Notes: generated by a model from the sequence alone, not told the origin. A stretch of 64,000 nucleotides of DNA from Octopus sinensis (GCF_006345805.1 NC_042998.1:84692001-84756000); one strand, 5' to 3'. Positions 12,621 to 24,829 are shown, counted from the stretch's first letter. Made by a program: numbers and translations.

Positions 12621-12733
12621 TATGGTCGGTCCATGGGGTACCCTGGGTCACGTCCATAAAGCGCTTAGAGTCTGAAGAAATGCCGCAAAGCTTTATGGAC
12701 GTGAAACCCAGTGTAATCCCATACACCAAACAT
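12621..12733. repeat. Short foldback with the same arms as 9694-9876 but a different core
   Basis: cacgtccataaagc / gctttatggacgtg arms; the right arm reverse complement atgggattacactgggtttcacgtccataaag resembles the 9.7-kb arm. Confidence 0.65.
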
Positions 12734-12769
12734 AGCTATCTTTATCTAATTACTGCTCTATAACTTATG

Positions 12770-12777
12770 AGTGTGTG

Positions 12778-12835
<58 letters not shown>

Positions 12836-12840
12836 TATGC

Positions 12841-12875
<35 letters not shown>

Positions 12876-13009
12876 TATATATACATATATATATATACAC
12901 ACACACTATATACATATATATATATACACACACACATATACATATATATATATATATACACACACACACATATATACATATATATATATATACACACACA
13001 CATATATAC

Positions 13010-13099
<90 letters not shown>

Positions 13100-13140
13100 T
13101 ATACATATATACTCACACACACATATGTATATATAGATAT
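12770..13140. repeat. Compound (TA)n/(CA)n microsatellite with higher-order periodicity
   Basis: Repeated (TA)n-cacacaca-tatatacata blocks; the source of several spurious YI/VC ORFs. Confidence 0.95.
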
Positions 13141-13341
13141 ATTGTAAATGATTGCTACAGGACAGTGTGTATTAGAAACTTTATATACAATAAAATGGTT
13201 ATTGATTTCCGTATAATTTTTTGACAGTAGCACCTGTTGAGTCGTTGTGGACCTCTTACGATTAAACGATTTCATTTAACTGAACAAAAATTATACTGTG
13301 CTGTCTTCGTGTGTGCATGCATGCATGCATACATACATATT

Positions 13342-13424
<83 letters not shown>

Positions 13425-14076
13425 AGGGAGATGTGTATGTATCTATGTGAGACATTTTTCAATTTTTATCATAAAATAGATGTAAAAAAATTTCCTAAGC
13501 ATTGGACAGTAAAAAAAAAACAAACTAAATATTGTAAAGAATTTGAAAGTATTTCAGCAGTTTCCGTAAAAGAAAATTTTAACTAAAAAAACTTTTTTCG
13601 ACTGAATCGCTTATATTTGTGTTTTGTGTGTGTGTGTACGTCTGTGTTTATACAAACATAAACACATCATCATTTAACGTCTGTTTTCCTTGTTCGTATT
13701 GGTTAAAAGGTTTGACAGGTGCTGGTCTGCTGAAGAGCTGCCCGGGCTTCATGTCTGTTTTGGCATGGTTACTACGGCAGGATGCCTTCCTAACACCACC
13801 ACTTTACAGAGTGTACTGGGTGCCTTATAAGTGATTCAGTCAGAAAAAATATAAATTTCTTATAGAAATTACCAAATAAATACTTTCAGTTTTGATATAC
13901 TTTCTCCAAAATATCGCCTATGAAATTAATATCTAAAAAACTGGCAGGGATTATAAATTTGAAAGTTCTTTTTTTCTTTCTGTCAAAATCATTATATCTG
14001 TTGTTGAAACAAGGACCTAAGGAAATTTTTCAAAGAAAAATAAATACACCCCCGCCCCCCAAAAACGATGGGATGT

Positions 14077-14688
14077 GGATCTTCTCCTTTTGAACGGCAC
14101 ATGTCAACACAATTTCTAGTTAACTAAACACTTTAAAACTTCGTATACTGGTAGAATGTGTCAAAATAAAACATTTTTTCTCTTCGCTTTCTTGAGAAAA
14201 CTGTAATTCGTTTGTTTAACGTAGTTTAATTTTTCGAATTTTTACCAATGAATCGCCTCTAGTGAGCTAAAATCATTTGCTGCGTCTAAAACTGAGACAA
14301 CATCCTGTCACTAACCCTAACCCTAAATTTTAGCCTTTCGTTTTTTTTCTTAATTGTTAAATTAATTTAATTGAATTGTTATCCTTAAATTAACAATTAA
14401 GAAAAAAAAACCGAAAGGCTAAAATTTAGGGTTAGGGCGATGGTTAGGGTTAGTGACAGGATGTTGTCTCAGTTTTAGACGCAGCAAATGATTTTAGCTC
14501 AATTAGAGGCAATTGATTGGTTAAAATTCGAAAAATTAAACTACGTTAAACAAACGAATTACAATTTTCTCAAGAAAGCCAAGAGAAAAAATGTTTTATT
14601 TTGACACATTCTACCAGTATACGAAGTTTTAAAGTGTTTAGTTAGCTAGAAATTGTGTTGACATGTGCCGTTCAAAAGGAAAAGACCC
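14077..14688. mobile_element. 612-bp foldback DNA transposon (Merlin/IS1016-like MITE) with internal telomeric hexamers
   Basis: Arms of about 290 bp pair nearly to the centre. Termini are GG...CC and there is an exact 8-bp TSD TGGGATGT (14069-14076, 14689-14696). CCCTAA/TTAGGG runs occur in both arms. Confidence 0.85.
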
Positions 14689-15344
14689 TGGGATGTTTTT
14701 AAAAACATTTCTGCTACCCAATCAAAGGTTTTTTTTTATTTCAACATTTTTTGGGGAAATTTTTTTTTTTAATTCCACATTCATGAAGAATAAGTATAGG
14801 CTTACCAAAAGCTTAGAAATCTTTTTCAAAGTTTCAATATTTTTAATGCTGAATCCTTACAATAATTTTCCACATTGATTTTATGATCATAAATTGAAAT
14901 ATATGCGACCCGCCTGTCTGAACATTGTTGAATGGTGTCAATATTTCTACTTTCATTTTGTGATCAAAAACAAATTCCATCTGACCCACTGCAAGCACAG
15001 GAAAGTGGCTGTTAAAAGGATGATGATGATGATATATATAAAGAACCATTCGAGCGTGATCAGTTCCAGTGCCAGCTGACTGGCTCCCATGCTGGTGGTA
15101 CATAAAAAGCACCATTTAGGCATGGTTAATGCCAGTACTGCCCGACCGACCCTCATGCTGGTGGTGCGTAAAAAGCACCCACTACACTTTTGGAGTGGTT
15201 GGTGTTAGGAACGATATCCAGCTGTAGAAACTTTGCCAGATCAGATTGGAGCCTGTGACAGCCTACTGGCTTGCCAGCCCTCAGTCAAACCGTCCAACCC
15301 ATGCCAGCATGGAAAGCGGACGTTAAATGACAATGATGATGATG

Positions 15345-15375
<31 letters not shown>

Positions 15376-15416
15376 TGGATGTTGAAATGATGATGGTGAT
15401 GATATATATATATATA

Positions 15417-16078
15417 CTAGCAGTTATACCCGTCGTTCATCAGATAATTACTTTTACTCTTTCTCAGGAGTCACATTCAAAGTATTATTATATATATAAT
15501 AGATTTCTCAATGAGGATTTCAGGAAAGAGTTTCAGGGAGTCGCGGGCGATGTATCATGATGATCAAAAATCCGGCCTGCTAAAATTTGGTTAAAGTGAT
15601 TCAAACTGCAGACTCAACACAAAATGGTCACATTTAATTCAAAGCGTTAAAAATGTTATGAAAACAATTGGTATGTGTTCACAAAGTCCAAACGATTAAT
15701 ACGAAAAAACCCTCCAGGCTACATCCTGAAAATTCATTTCTTTGCCGAATTTCTACAATGTTTACGGCGATTCGTTTTTATATCTTGATTTTTTATTTTT
15801 CATGCAATTTACGCATGCTTGCACATGTGGTGAACGCAGTTCACGTCAAACAGCTGACTGAGTAAAGTTCACTATTCAATGCATGGGATAAAGCCTAAAC
15901 AAACACATTATCAATTTTTGCACTTGCGAGATGAATTTCCAAACAGAAATAGCACAGTTCAATTTTCATTCGCCTAAACTTTAAGTGACCTATTTTTGGT
16001 GGTTCTACGATTTGTTGGCTAGTAGGAGATTTTCCGGGAAGTTAAACACACAGATACACACACAGACTCACAAGTTGA

Positions 16079-16114
<36 letters not shown>

Positions 16115-16115
16115 A
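15417..16115 (-). mobile_element. Non-autonomous Helitron-like element (different family)
   Basis: CTAG terminus at 15417-15420 (actagcagttatacccgtcg); the other end has a (CA) microsatellite and tatatataaaa, typical of Helitron 5' ends. The 5' boundary is approximate. Confidence 0.55.
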
Positions 16116-16258
16116 CAAGGTATAAATAATGGTCATTACATATTTTTCCTTTATTAGAACAAACTTGGCTTACGGCTGTTTCCAGTAGTCATTATAGGTT
16201 TGTTATTGATAGGTTTATTCAGTATATATATGTGTGTGTGTATATATATATATATATA

Positions 16259-17688
16259 CTAGCTGATGTACCCGGTTATTCCCAGAGGTAAAGATATTCT
16301 ATTGAAACACCTTATTACTCTGATATAAGAAAAGAATTTTGTTATAACTGTTACAAAAAGTGTATTTTCCATCACGAAAATGTACAAAAAACTGTCAGCT
16401 GAAGAGGGAGAGGTTTTCGGAGGTTGGCAAGAAAGATTGTTGGAGGTTGGTGAAAGGCAAAGACATTATTCTGCTTAGCAAAAGTATCTGGGAAATGTAT
16501 AACTGCTGTCATTCACAGAAAAACTATTGTTTTACTGTGACAAAAGCACTGTGGAAGTGTTAAGTGAAATTTGGTAATCAAGGATTGAATCCACGCTATG
16601 CCTGCATGAAGCCACTATAACTACATTGTGGAATAAAAAATTTTATCTACTGTCATGGAAAAAGTGTAACTGTAAAAATGCAGAATTATAGGAGTAATGG
16701 GCATTCAAAAAAGTATGTACATATAGAAATGTATGAACGAAGTCTTTAATGTTTAAGATTAAAATTAAGGAAGTGCAATAATAATTTCGTTTTTGGATTT
16801 GGTTTGCAAGATTCTTTATATGAGTTCATGTGTTGAAGCATATTCTGTTGTGTCTGGGGAGAGTCATTTTCTTTTTGTGCCTTATAATGTAACACACTCA
16901 CCGGTAAAATTTCCACTTTTTTTTGTTGCGTCTTGCAACCTTTCCAATAGTCTTGACTCTGTCTAGACAAAGTCAAGACTATTGAAAAGGTTGCAAGATG
17001 CAACGAAAATTTTAGGAAAATAGAAATAAGAAAAAAGTGGAAATTTTACTGGTGTGTGTGTGTTACATTATAAGGCACAAAAGGAAAATGACTATCCCCA
17101 GACACAACAGAATATGCAATAATAATGTTTAGCAATTCAAAACTGAGTAGTGAAATGCAGAATTAGATTGGCTGATCGAGAGAATCAAATAATGATTGCT
17201 TCACTAAAATCTGCAGGTGGTATGGGTTATTTCCCTTGGGTTGTTTAAATAAGATATTAGTAATATGTAGTAGATAGAAAGATCCCTTGGAAGGTCTCTA
17301 TTATCAATTTTTTTTCAACAATCTATCATGAGGTTTCCAGACATGAGTTCTACTTTACATGTCAAATAAAGTATAAAAGTGATATTATCTGTAAAAATTA
17401 GAAATAGGACACACAAAAAAAATCAATATTCAAAGTAATTGAACATAAACAATGAAATGGGTTATTTCCCTTGGGTGTTTAAAAAAAAATTAGTTATATG
17501 AAGTAGATATAAAGGTCACTTTCAGGGGCCATATTATCGATGTTTTTCAACAGTCTAAGTTTATCACAATGTTACCAGACATGAGTTCTACTCATGTGTT
17601 AAGTTTCATGACAATCAATAAAATGATGTAGGAGGAGTTAGCAAACAACACTAACAAACATACACCAATGTTCCACATATGTAGTAGA
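16259..17688 (-). mobile_element. Non-autonomous Helitron (copy C, same family as 278-1861) carrying a foldback insertion
   Basis: A|TC...CTAG|T termini and colinear similarity to copy B; insertion at 16786-17114. Confidence 0.85.
16786..17114. mobile_element. Truncated foldback element inserted into Helitron copy C
   Basis: Flanked by a 12-bp duplication tgcaataataat. The outer arm starting at 16838 pairs with the segment ending at 17117; an inner hairpin spans 16925-17004. Confidence 0.75.
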
Positions 17689-17696
17689 TGTATATT

Positions 17697-18071
17697 TATT
17701 CTTTTATTTGTTTTAGTCATTTGACTGTGACCATACTGGAACCTTTAGTCGAACAAATCATCCCCAGGACTTATTCTTTGTAAGCCTAGTATTTATTCTT
17801 TCGGTCTCTTTTGCCGAACTGCTAAGTTACGTGGATGTAACCACACCAACATCGGTTTTCAAGCAATGGCAGTGGAGGTAAACACAAACACACAAATATA
17901 TATATACAACGGGCTTCTTTCAGTTTCCATCTATCAAATCCACTCACAAGCCTTTGGCCAGCCCAGGGCTATAGCAGAATATACTTGCCCAAGGTGCCAT
18001 GCAGTGGGACTGAACCTTGAACCATGTTGCTGGTAAGCAAGCTACTTACCACACAGCCGCTCATGCGCCTA
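17697..18071 (-). mobile_element. SINE family 1
   Basis: Reverse-complement match to the + copies. Confidence 0.88.
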
Positions 18072-20149
18072 TATAAATGGATGCTAAATTGATGATGGTG
18101 ATGATTTTCCAACATACTATGCAATAGACAACAAAAGTGATACAAACTAAAGGTGAAAACTCTACATTGCTGTTTGACCTATTAGCAATATCACTCAAAT
18201 CTTTTTTTGAATCACAACAAAAAAGATAAATGTTTCTGACAAAAACAAAAGCTAGGGATGGTCATGTTAGAAACCCTTTGATCATGAGTAGGATTGATCA
18301 CCGCAACAACATAATTGATTAATGGAAAACAATATGAATGAAAATGATTCCTTCAGATGGCACAAAGGTTTCAAAGAGAGATGTGATATTATGGATTGAA
18401 TTGATTCCAGAATATAACTGATACTTATATTTACTTTGGTGAAGGCACATGGCCTAGTATTGAGGGTGTTGCACTTGTGATCTTACAATTGTGGTTTAGG
18501 TTCTCAGACTTGGTGGCATGTGTTCTTGAGCAAAACACTTCATTTCACTCTGCTCCAGTTGACTTGACTCTTAATGAGTTATAACGATAGCTGGGAAGTT
18601 AACCTGATGGATTGGATTCTTGTTCAGTGGGGAGTATTGTAATCTGAGTCACGTATGTGTCATAGAAACCAAGTTAAGCCTTATGAATCCTAAGCTTCAT
18701 GATAGATCTAAAAATATTTTTCTTGAGCAGAATAAGAAGTAAAGTTCGATGAAATTTGAACTCAGGACATAAGGGGATGTAATGAAACACCACAAAGTAT
18801 ACTGTTTCTTTATGACTCCAATTAAAAAAATGTTGGAAGAGATTAAAAAGAAACAAACTAAAATGTTTTAAGTAGAGGCAAATGAAAACAACTTCACTTT
18901 TGACTACTGCCTGTAGTTATTTATTGTCCAAAACCCTCAATAATAATACCTATCGAGATTTAGTTTGTAAAAGTCAATCACAAACAGGGCAAACATTAGA
19001 CAGCCACCAATCAATACTTAATTAGTGTCCACATATTATCTATAACTTTCATGCTGGAATCTTTGCAAAGAGTTGTTTTTCTTGTCTTTTGTCAATGTTC
19101 AAATGCCATTGTTTATTTTACTTATATATTTTTTATTGTTTATTTTCCTATTGTGATCCTTTTTTACATCTAAAAGTTGTTTCTATCAAAGCCTGAAATT
19201 TAAAGGAAAGAGTTAATTCATTAAAGTGACCCTGGTACTCAGTGGTGGTTTGTAAGTAAAATTAGTTGGGGTGCTGCTTCAGAAAATTTTTAGCTGTTGT
19301 TTTAATATTGTGTAAAAGGGAAGAAACATATAAAAAGAATATTTATACATAAACTTGATCAGTTTGCGTTTTAGCCACTGCCGGCTAGTGTATTTAATTT
19401 GTTCACTGAACACCGCCGCAAATTCCCCTAAATCACAAAATATGGGATGAAAATCTATCCTATTTTTCAAATCCTGGCAGCAACACTGTAGCTGCAAGCA
19501 GGATAATAATCTAATTTTATACTTTATCACATTCAAGAATATAAACATGTTTTTAAGCACAACACATGCAGAGTCAAAAAGAAACACTACCTTTCACCAG
19601 CACACCAGGGTCAGCACTGTATAAACCACAGTGCTCTCTCTCCCTAGCATACAGCTTCCTGTCTTGGTCATGTGAGCATGCACATAACAACCAAACACCT
19701 CGTTGCTAGAACTGTGAAGCGCACAGTGCTATACAAGGATTTTTGTATTTTTTTCATTAACTAGGGGATGGCTACTGACATTAAGCTTAAAGATTATATA
19801 ATGTACAAATATAAAGAAAGAATTTAAGAAAAAAGGACTCTTTATATTGAATGTTATCGATAATATTGAGTGGAAATAGAGGGTGCTGCAGTTCCGCAGT
19901 ACTTATACACGGGCCGCCACTGCTGGTACTTGACTTGTACTTTATTTTATAGATGTCAGAAATATTGCTTTCAAATTTTGGTACAAGGCCAGCAATTGTA
20001 GGGGAGGTAGTTAGTTGATTACATTGCACTCAAGCATATAACCAGCTAGCATCTACAATTTAGAAATTGAAGACTGAGGAGTCAATCACTGATGAAACTT
20101 CAATGTCCCTGTCAACATTAACAACTTTTTTGTTGGTATACATACATAC

Positions 20150-21049
20150 ATGTACGTGCTTGTGTGTGTGAGTTTAGAAATGTAATTCTTAGTGTTCATA
20201 ATAGTTTATTTGTGTATAGTTATGTGGAGTTTTATGCAAGAGAATCATTCAAGCTATATTAAAGTGAATGAAAAGTAACCAGTATGGTTGAAGGAAACAT
20301 CTCTGATCCATTGTCAGTTGGTACTGGTGTGAGCACCTTTGTTTATATTGTTGACAGTTACTGAGTGTCTGTTGTTTGTGATGGTGCAATACCATTTTCC
20401 TGTGGTCAAGAAATCATTCTTGTTGAACCTTAATGAATTTCAATCTATTTATCAGTTTTGGGAATAACTAAAAAAATTGCTGATGTTTGTAATTCTTAAA
20501 ATTTTATCATGTTTGTTCAATGACCATTGATCTTGGGTTAAGTGTAAAGTTTTTTCCAATAAACATGATGGACATCTTTTAGCTCTGTTGGTGTACTGGT
20601 GTGTATTACCTTTTTTACTCCAGGCTAGTATAGTGATGTTTTTAACTCCACTCTCCTTCAGTTTCTAGATATTTTGTAATAGGGATGTGATGTTGAGATC
20701 TCTAGATCTAAAGGAGCATGTGTGCTGGTTAAATCTTCTCTTAAAGGTATGCTTTGTGCATCACTTTAAATTTTCTTGATATTGACATATGGTGTTATAA
20801 TGAGCCTTAAGATTTCTGAGTGAATCTGTTGTTGCAATTTGGTTGTTGAAATAAATGCTGGAAGGGTAGGACTTCAGTGGTTATTTGTTTTGATTGTGTT
20901 ATTTAACAGTGAGGTAATGTTATCTGAGCAACAATAGCTGGTTTTAGCATTCATATATATAGTTTGTGAAATTTATATTACTAACTGGGAAATTTTATCT
21001 AGTAATGTTGGTCTTTACAATCTTATTATATACGGGTTAAAGCATATAT
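20150..21049 (-). mobile_element. Decayed Penelope-like element, GIY-YIG endonuclease C-terminal region
   Basis: Hand translation of the minus strand gives TFKRRFNQHTCSFR...I*KLKESG...AWS...RCPSCLLEK...LNKHD, the typical PLE endonuclease tail pattern, with stops. Confidence 0.7.
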
Positions 21050-21294
21050 TTCTGCATTCTGGACTTGCAATTTTATGAGAATAGCTTCTTATAATCTATT
21101 TTTTCATTAAAACCTCAGTTTTGTAATACTGTCTTGTAGGGGGATGGGAAAGACTGTTGAAAAAATACATATACATATGTGTCCATATGTATATGCCATG
21201 TGCCTCCACACACACACACACACATCATCATCATCATCATCATCATTTAATGTCCGTTCTCCATGTTGGCATGGGTTCTCTATGCTGGCATGGC

Positions 21295-21459
21295 ATATAT
21301 ACTTTAACCCAGTATATAATAAGAATGTAATGACCAACATTACTAGATAAAATTTCCCAGTTAGTAATATAAATTCCACAAACTATATATATGAATGCCC
21401 AAACCAGCTATTGTTGCTCAGATAACATTGTCTCACTGTTAAACAACACAATCAAAACA
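21295..21459 (+). repeat. Inverted copy of 20886-21049 (5' inversion of the PLE fragment)
   Basis: About 165 bp of near reverse-complement match separated by about 245 bp. Confidence 0.8.
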
Positions 21460-21959
21460 GGCTTAACAAGAGTTAGCCAGCCGGAAAGTTGCTCAGGTTT
21501 CATTTATCTGTTTTCGCATGGTTCCTATGGCTAATGCCCTTCCTAATGCCAACCACTTTACAGAGTGTACTTGGTGCTTTTATGTGGCACTGGCACAGTT
21601 GCATTTACATGACAACAGCATAGGCACTTTTATGTACTGCAGTGGCACGTATGCTTTTGTATGACATTGGCATGGGTACTTTTATCTGGCACCAGCACCT
21701 ATGAGTCCACAAGACTAAGATCCCTTGGCTGAGAGAGGGATGTACAGGACATACCTGTATGCATGGACAGTCATGATTTTACTTAGCTTGGTGTCTTCTC
21801 AAGCACAGCAAACTGCCAGAAGTCTTAGTCCCTTACCATCTCCTCTATGAAGCCCAATGTCTGACGATCCTTTCTCACCTCTTCATCCTATGTCTTCTTG
21901 GGTCTATCTCTTCCACATGTTCCCATATATATGTGGATATATATATATATATACATACA

Positions 21960-23091
21960 AAAAACGAAAAGTTCTCTAGATACATCCAGTAATCTACCCT
22001 TTTTACAATACACAACTCCCAAAATATAGAGGTTTACAATATTATCCACCTGAACAACCCACTCCCACTACTAAAACAAGACCCAAGAATGAAGCAAGCA
22101 TACAAAATATACAAAATAATCAAAGTCAATGACAAAGTGTTGCAAAAAATTCCTCACAAGTGTTAAATTACCTTCTGCAACTCCTACACCAACAGTCAAA
22201 AAGTGTGGCTTCTCCAATTGTGGGACTTGCATCAATCTTACAACATACAAATTTTTACCATAAAAAATTACTTTACATGTTCTTCAAATGATTTAATGAA
22301 GATTACATAGGTCAAACAAACTTTACTCTAAGAAGTAGACTGACCATTCACCAACAACAGATATGAGACCCCAGTACTAGACAGGTTCCACTAAGTGGAC
22401 ATATAGACATGTGCAAAAAATAAGTCCCCCAAATTCCAGGTCTTCCCACTCTACCTATGTTCAGTGAATACTACAGATGAAGCACGGATAAAAAAGAGAA
22501 TACTTTCATAGAAAATCCAGACATAACAATCTTTAACAAAGTACATACACAAATAACTATTCAAACACAAAACTCATAAGGAACCTACACAGCTAACAAC
22601 CTAAACTTTAGCCACTGGACTACATAGAAACAATTCCTGTCTACTCTTCCGCCAGACAGATAAAATTTGGAGTGCCTTGATTGTAACTAAATATGTTTAC
22701 TCAACCATGTCGGCCTTCATTTTAGGCATTAAATATTTTGCCACTTGACACTAATGCACAGACATAGCAGGGAACATACAGAAGGTTCTAAACTTAATCA
22801 TTTATTCATGCTCTACTGATACTTGACAGAAAATATTCAGAGTATTGATTGTTTAGTACTACCACTCTACTTGTTCAGTCAACTGTGTCAGCCTTATGAT
22901 GCTGAACATTGTCACTTGATACGAATAATGGACATAGTGGGAAACCTACATACATTTCTAAGACCAGTCATGTGACTATAAAAATAGGGCAAGCTTCAAA
23001 CACTAGCCAGAAACAAAACAGCTGCAACATAAGCCACGTCTTTCTATTTCAAATTTTTGAAAATCAGTGTAAACTGTGAAACCGGTTAAAT
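21960..23091 (+). mobile_element. Decayed Penelope-like element 3' part (GIY-YIG endonuclease plus 3' end)
   Basis: YIGQTNFTLRSRLTIHQQQI*DPSTRQVPLSGHID at about 22305-22410, with a decayed hammerhead-shaped motif at its 3' end (23053-23091). Confidence 0.75.
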
Positions 23092-23271
23092 CATCATCAT
23101 CATCAGCGTCCGTTTTCCATGCTAGCATGGGTTGGACTGTATCTTTGGACTAAATCTTTAATAATAATAAAAACTATATCAACTATTTTCAGTGTATTTC
23201 CAACTTCTATTTTTCCTATATTTCTACTCATGTGGAATAAAATAACTTTGCTGTATATGTATACATATACA

Positions 23272-23510
23272 TGAGGGACTGTTGAAAAGTCCCCGGTTTT
23301 AAGTAAAAGAAAATACAGAACAGTCAGTTAATTATGATTTTATTCAACATATTCCCTTCTCAGATTCACACACTTATTGCAGCAATTCTTCAGTCATTCT
23401 AAGCCCTGTAAATGAACCCAGAATGTTGGGCCTCTAACCAGGCCTTTGCAATACCCTTAAAGCCACTTTTCAGCTTTTCAGCACACCCTCGTTTATATGA
23501 CACTGTATTG
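23272..23510 (-). mobile_element. Mariner 3'-end fragment
   Basis: tacatgagggactgttgaaaagtcc TIR-like start followed by attttattcaacata, typical of mariner 3' ends in reverse orientation. Confidence 0.5.
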
Positions 23511-23514
23511 TTAG

Positions 23515-23542
<28 letters not shown>

Positions 23543-23549
<7 letters not shown>

Positions 23550-24615
23550 AATAAAATAGAATATATGCATATATATAAACATATATGTACGTACCTACCT
23601 CTACATGTACATATACACGCATATATGTGTACAGGACACCAAAAAGACGTCGAACACAGAGAGAGACGAAACACATAGACACAAACCAAGGAACAAGACA
23701 AGCAAAAAAAAGGGGAGAGATACAGGACAATAAGCACAACGAAAAATCCCCTTCTTCAGTCGCTAAGATTTCATCTACTAAACGTTTCGAAGGATAAAAG
23801 CGAGACGTATACTTCGAAGAAAAATTCCTTCCCGCGAAAAGCAAATCAATTAAAATTCTGAGATCTTTTCGCAGAGGGGTAAAAAAAAGCAAGACGGTAA
23901 CGACAGTACAAACATATAAACAGTAAAAAATATATATATAAACAGTGGAAAAATAAATATATAACAGTGAGAGACAAGACAAGGAGAACAAGATAAGAAG
24001 GGCTGTTAACGCCAGACGAAAAAAGTATTGTAAACGCTGGATTATCGTGGAAGACAGAGAGGGAAATTTTGTCAACCAGAAGCCTTGCAAGGCGGGCGAG
24101 AAAGGACAGGATAGCAGTTACGACGGAAGTATCGTCGCAGATGGATGACGGGAATGGGGGAGGAGGAGCAAGAGGAAGAGAGAGAAGAAGGGGAATGGTG
24201 CGAGGAGACCATGAAGAATGGTGAAAGGGAGAGAGAGAATGAAGAATGAGAGAGAGAGGAAGAGACAAGTTAAGTGAGGGAAAAAAAGACGAAAAAGGGA
24301 ATGGGAGAGAAAGAAAGAAAGATGCAGAGTCGCGTGAGAGTTAATATCAAGGCTAACTTGATAAACAGAACAATCTTACTTAGTAGGGTGCGTGCGTTTA
24401 ATCGTATAATATGTTAATAAAATAGAATATATGCATATATATAAACATATATGTACGTACCTACCTCTACATGTACATATACACGCATATATGTGTACAG
24501 GACACCAAAAAGACGTCGAACACAGAGAGAGACGAAACACATAGACACAAACCAAGGAACAAGACAAGCAAAAAAAAGGGGAGAGATACAGGACAATAAG
24601 CACAACGAAAAATCC
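23543..24615 (-). mobile_element. Young non-coding element with identical 207-bp terminal direct repeats (pseudo-LTR/PLE-like), inserted in (TA)n
   Basis: 23543-23749 equals 24409-24615 (offset 866). (TA)n lies on both outer sides, CpGs are retained, and there are no TG...CA termini. Strand assigned from hammerhead-like words on the minus strand. Confidence 0.7.
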
Positions 24616-24745
24616 ATATATATATATATATATAAAATGTATGTTATTATGGTTCTCATTTTGTTAAATAAGTCAACATTCTAATATCCTAAAGCTGATA
24701 AACCAACTAAATTGTTTCTCCATTTTCTTATTTGTTTGTGTTTAT

Positions 24746-24796
<51 letters not shown>

Positions 24797-24829
24797 TATA
24801 CCCGTCTGCCTTTATTAGACCACACATTG

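Noticed and set aside
12672-12720. Hammerhead from CTGAAGA...GAAAC...GTA
   Set aside because: Stem I does not pair (gagt vs atcc), and the GAAA belongs to the arm of a larger inverted repeat.
12742-13275. Long ORF-track ORFs rich in YI/VC/HT (also at 3.3-3.9, 31.0-31.9 and 43.7 kb)
   Set aside because: They are translations of (TA)n/(CA)n microsatellites, which lack stop codons; no coding signal.
14305-14452. Telomere or chromosome-fusion site from CCCTAA/TTAGGG runs
   Set aside because: Only 2-4 hexamers per arm, symmetrically placed inside a TSD-flanked foldback transposon.
20278-20327. Decayed hammerhead at the 3' end of the minus-strand PLE
   Set aside because: The position is suggestive, but both core halves are mutated (CTGACAA, TTCAA), so it cannot be supported.
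23543-24615. Canonical LTR retrotransposon or TRIM
   Set aside because: No TG...CA termini, no recognisable primer-binding site, and no 4-6-bp TSD distinguishable from (TA)n.
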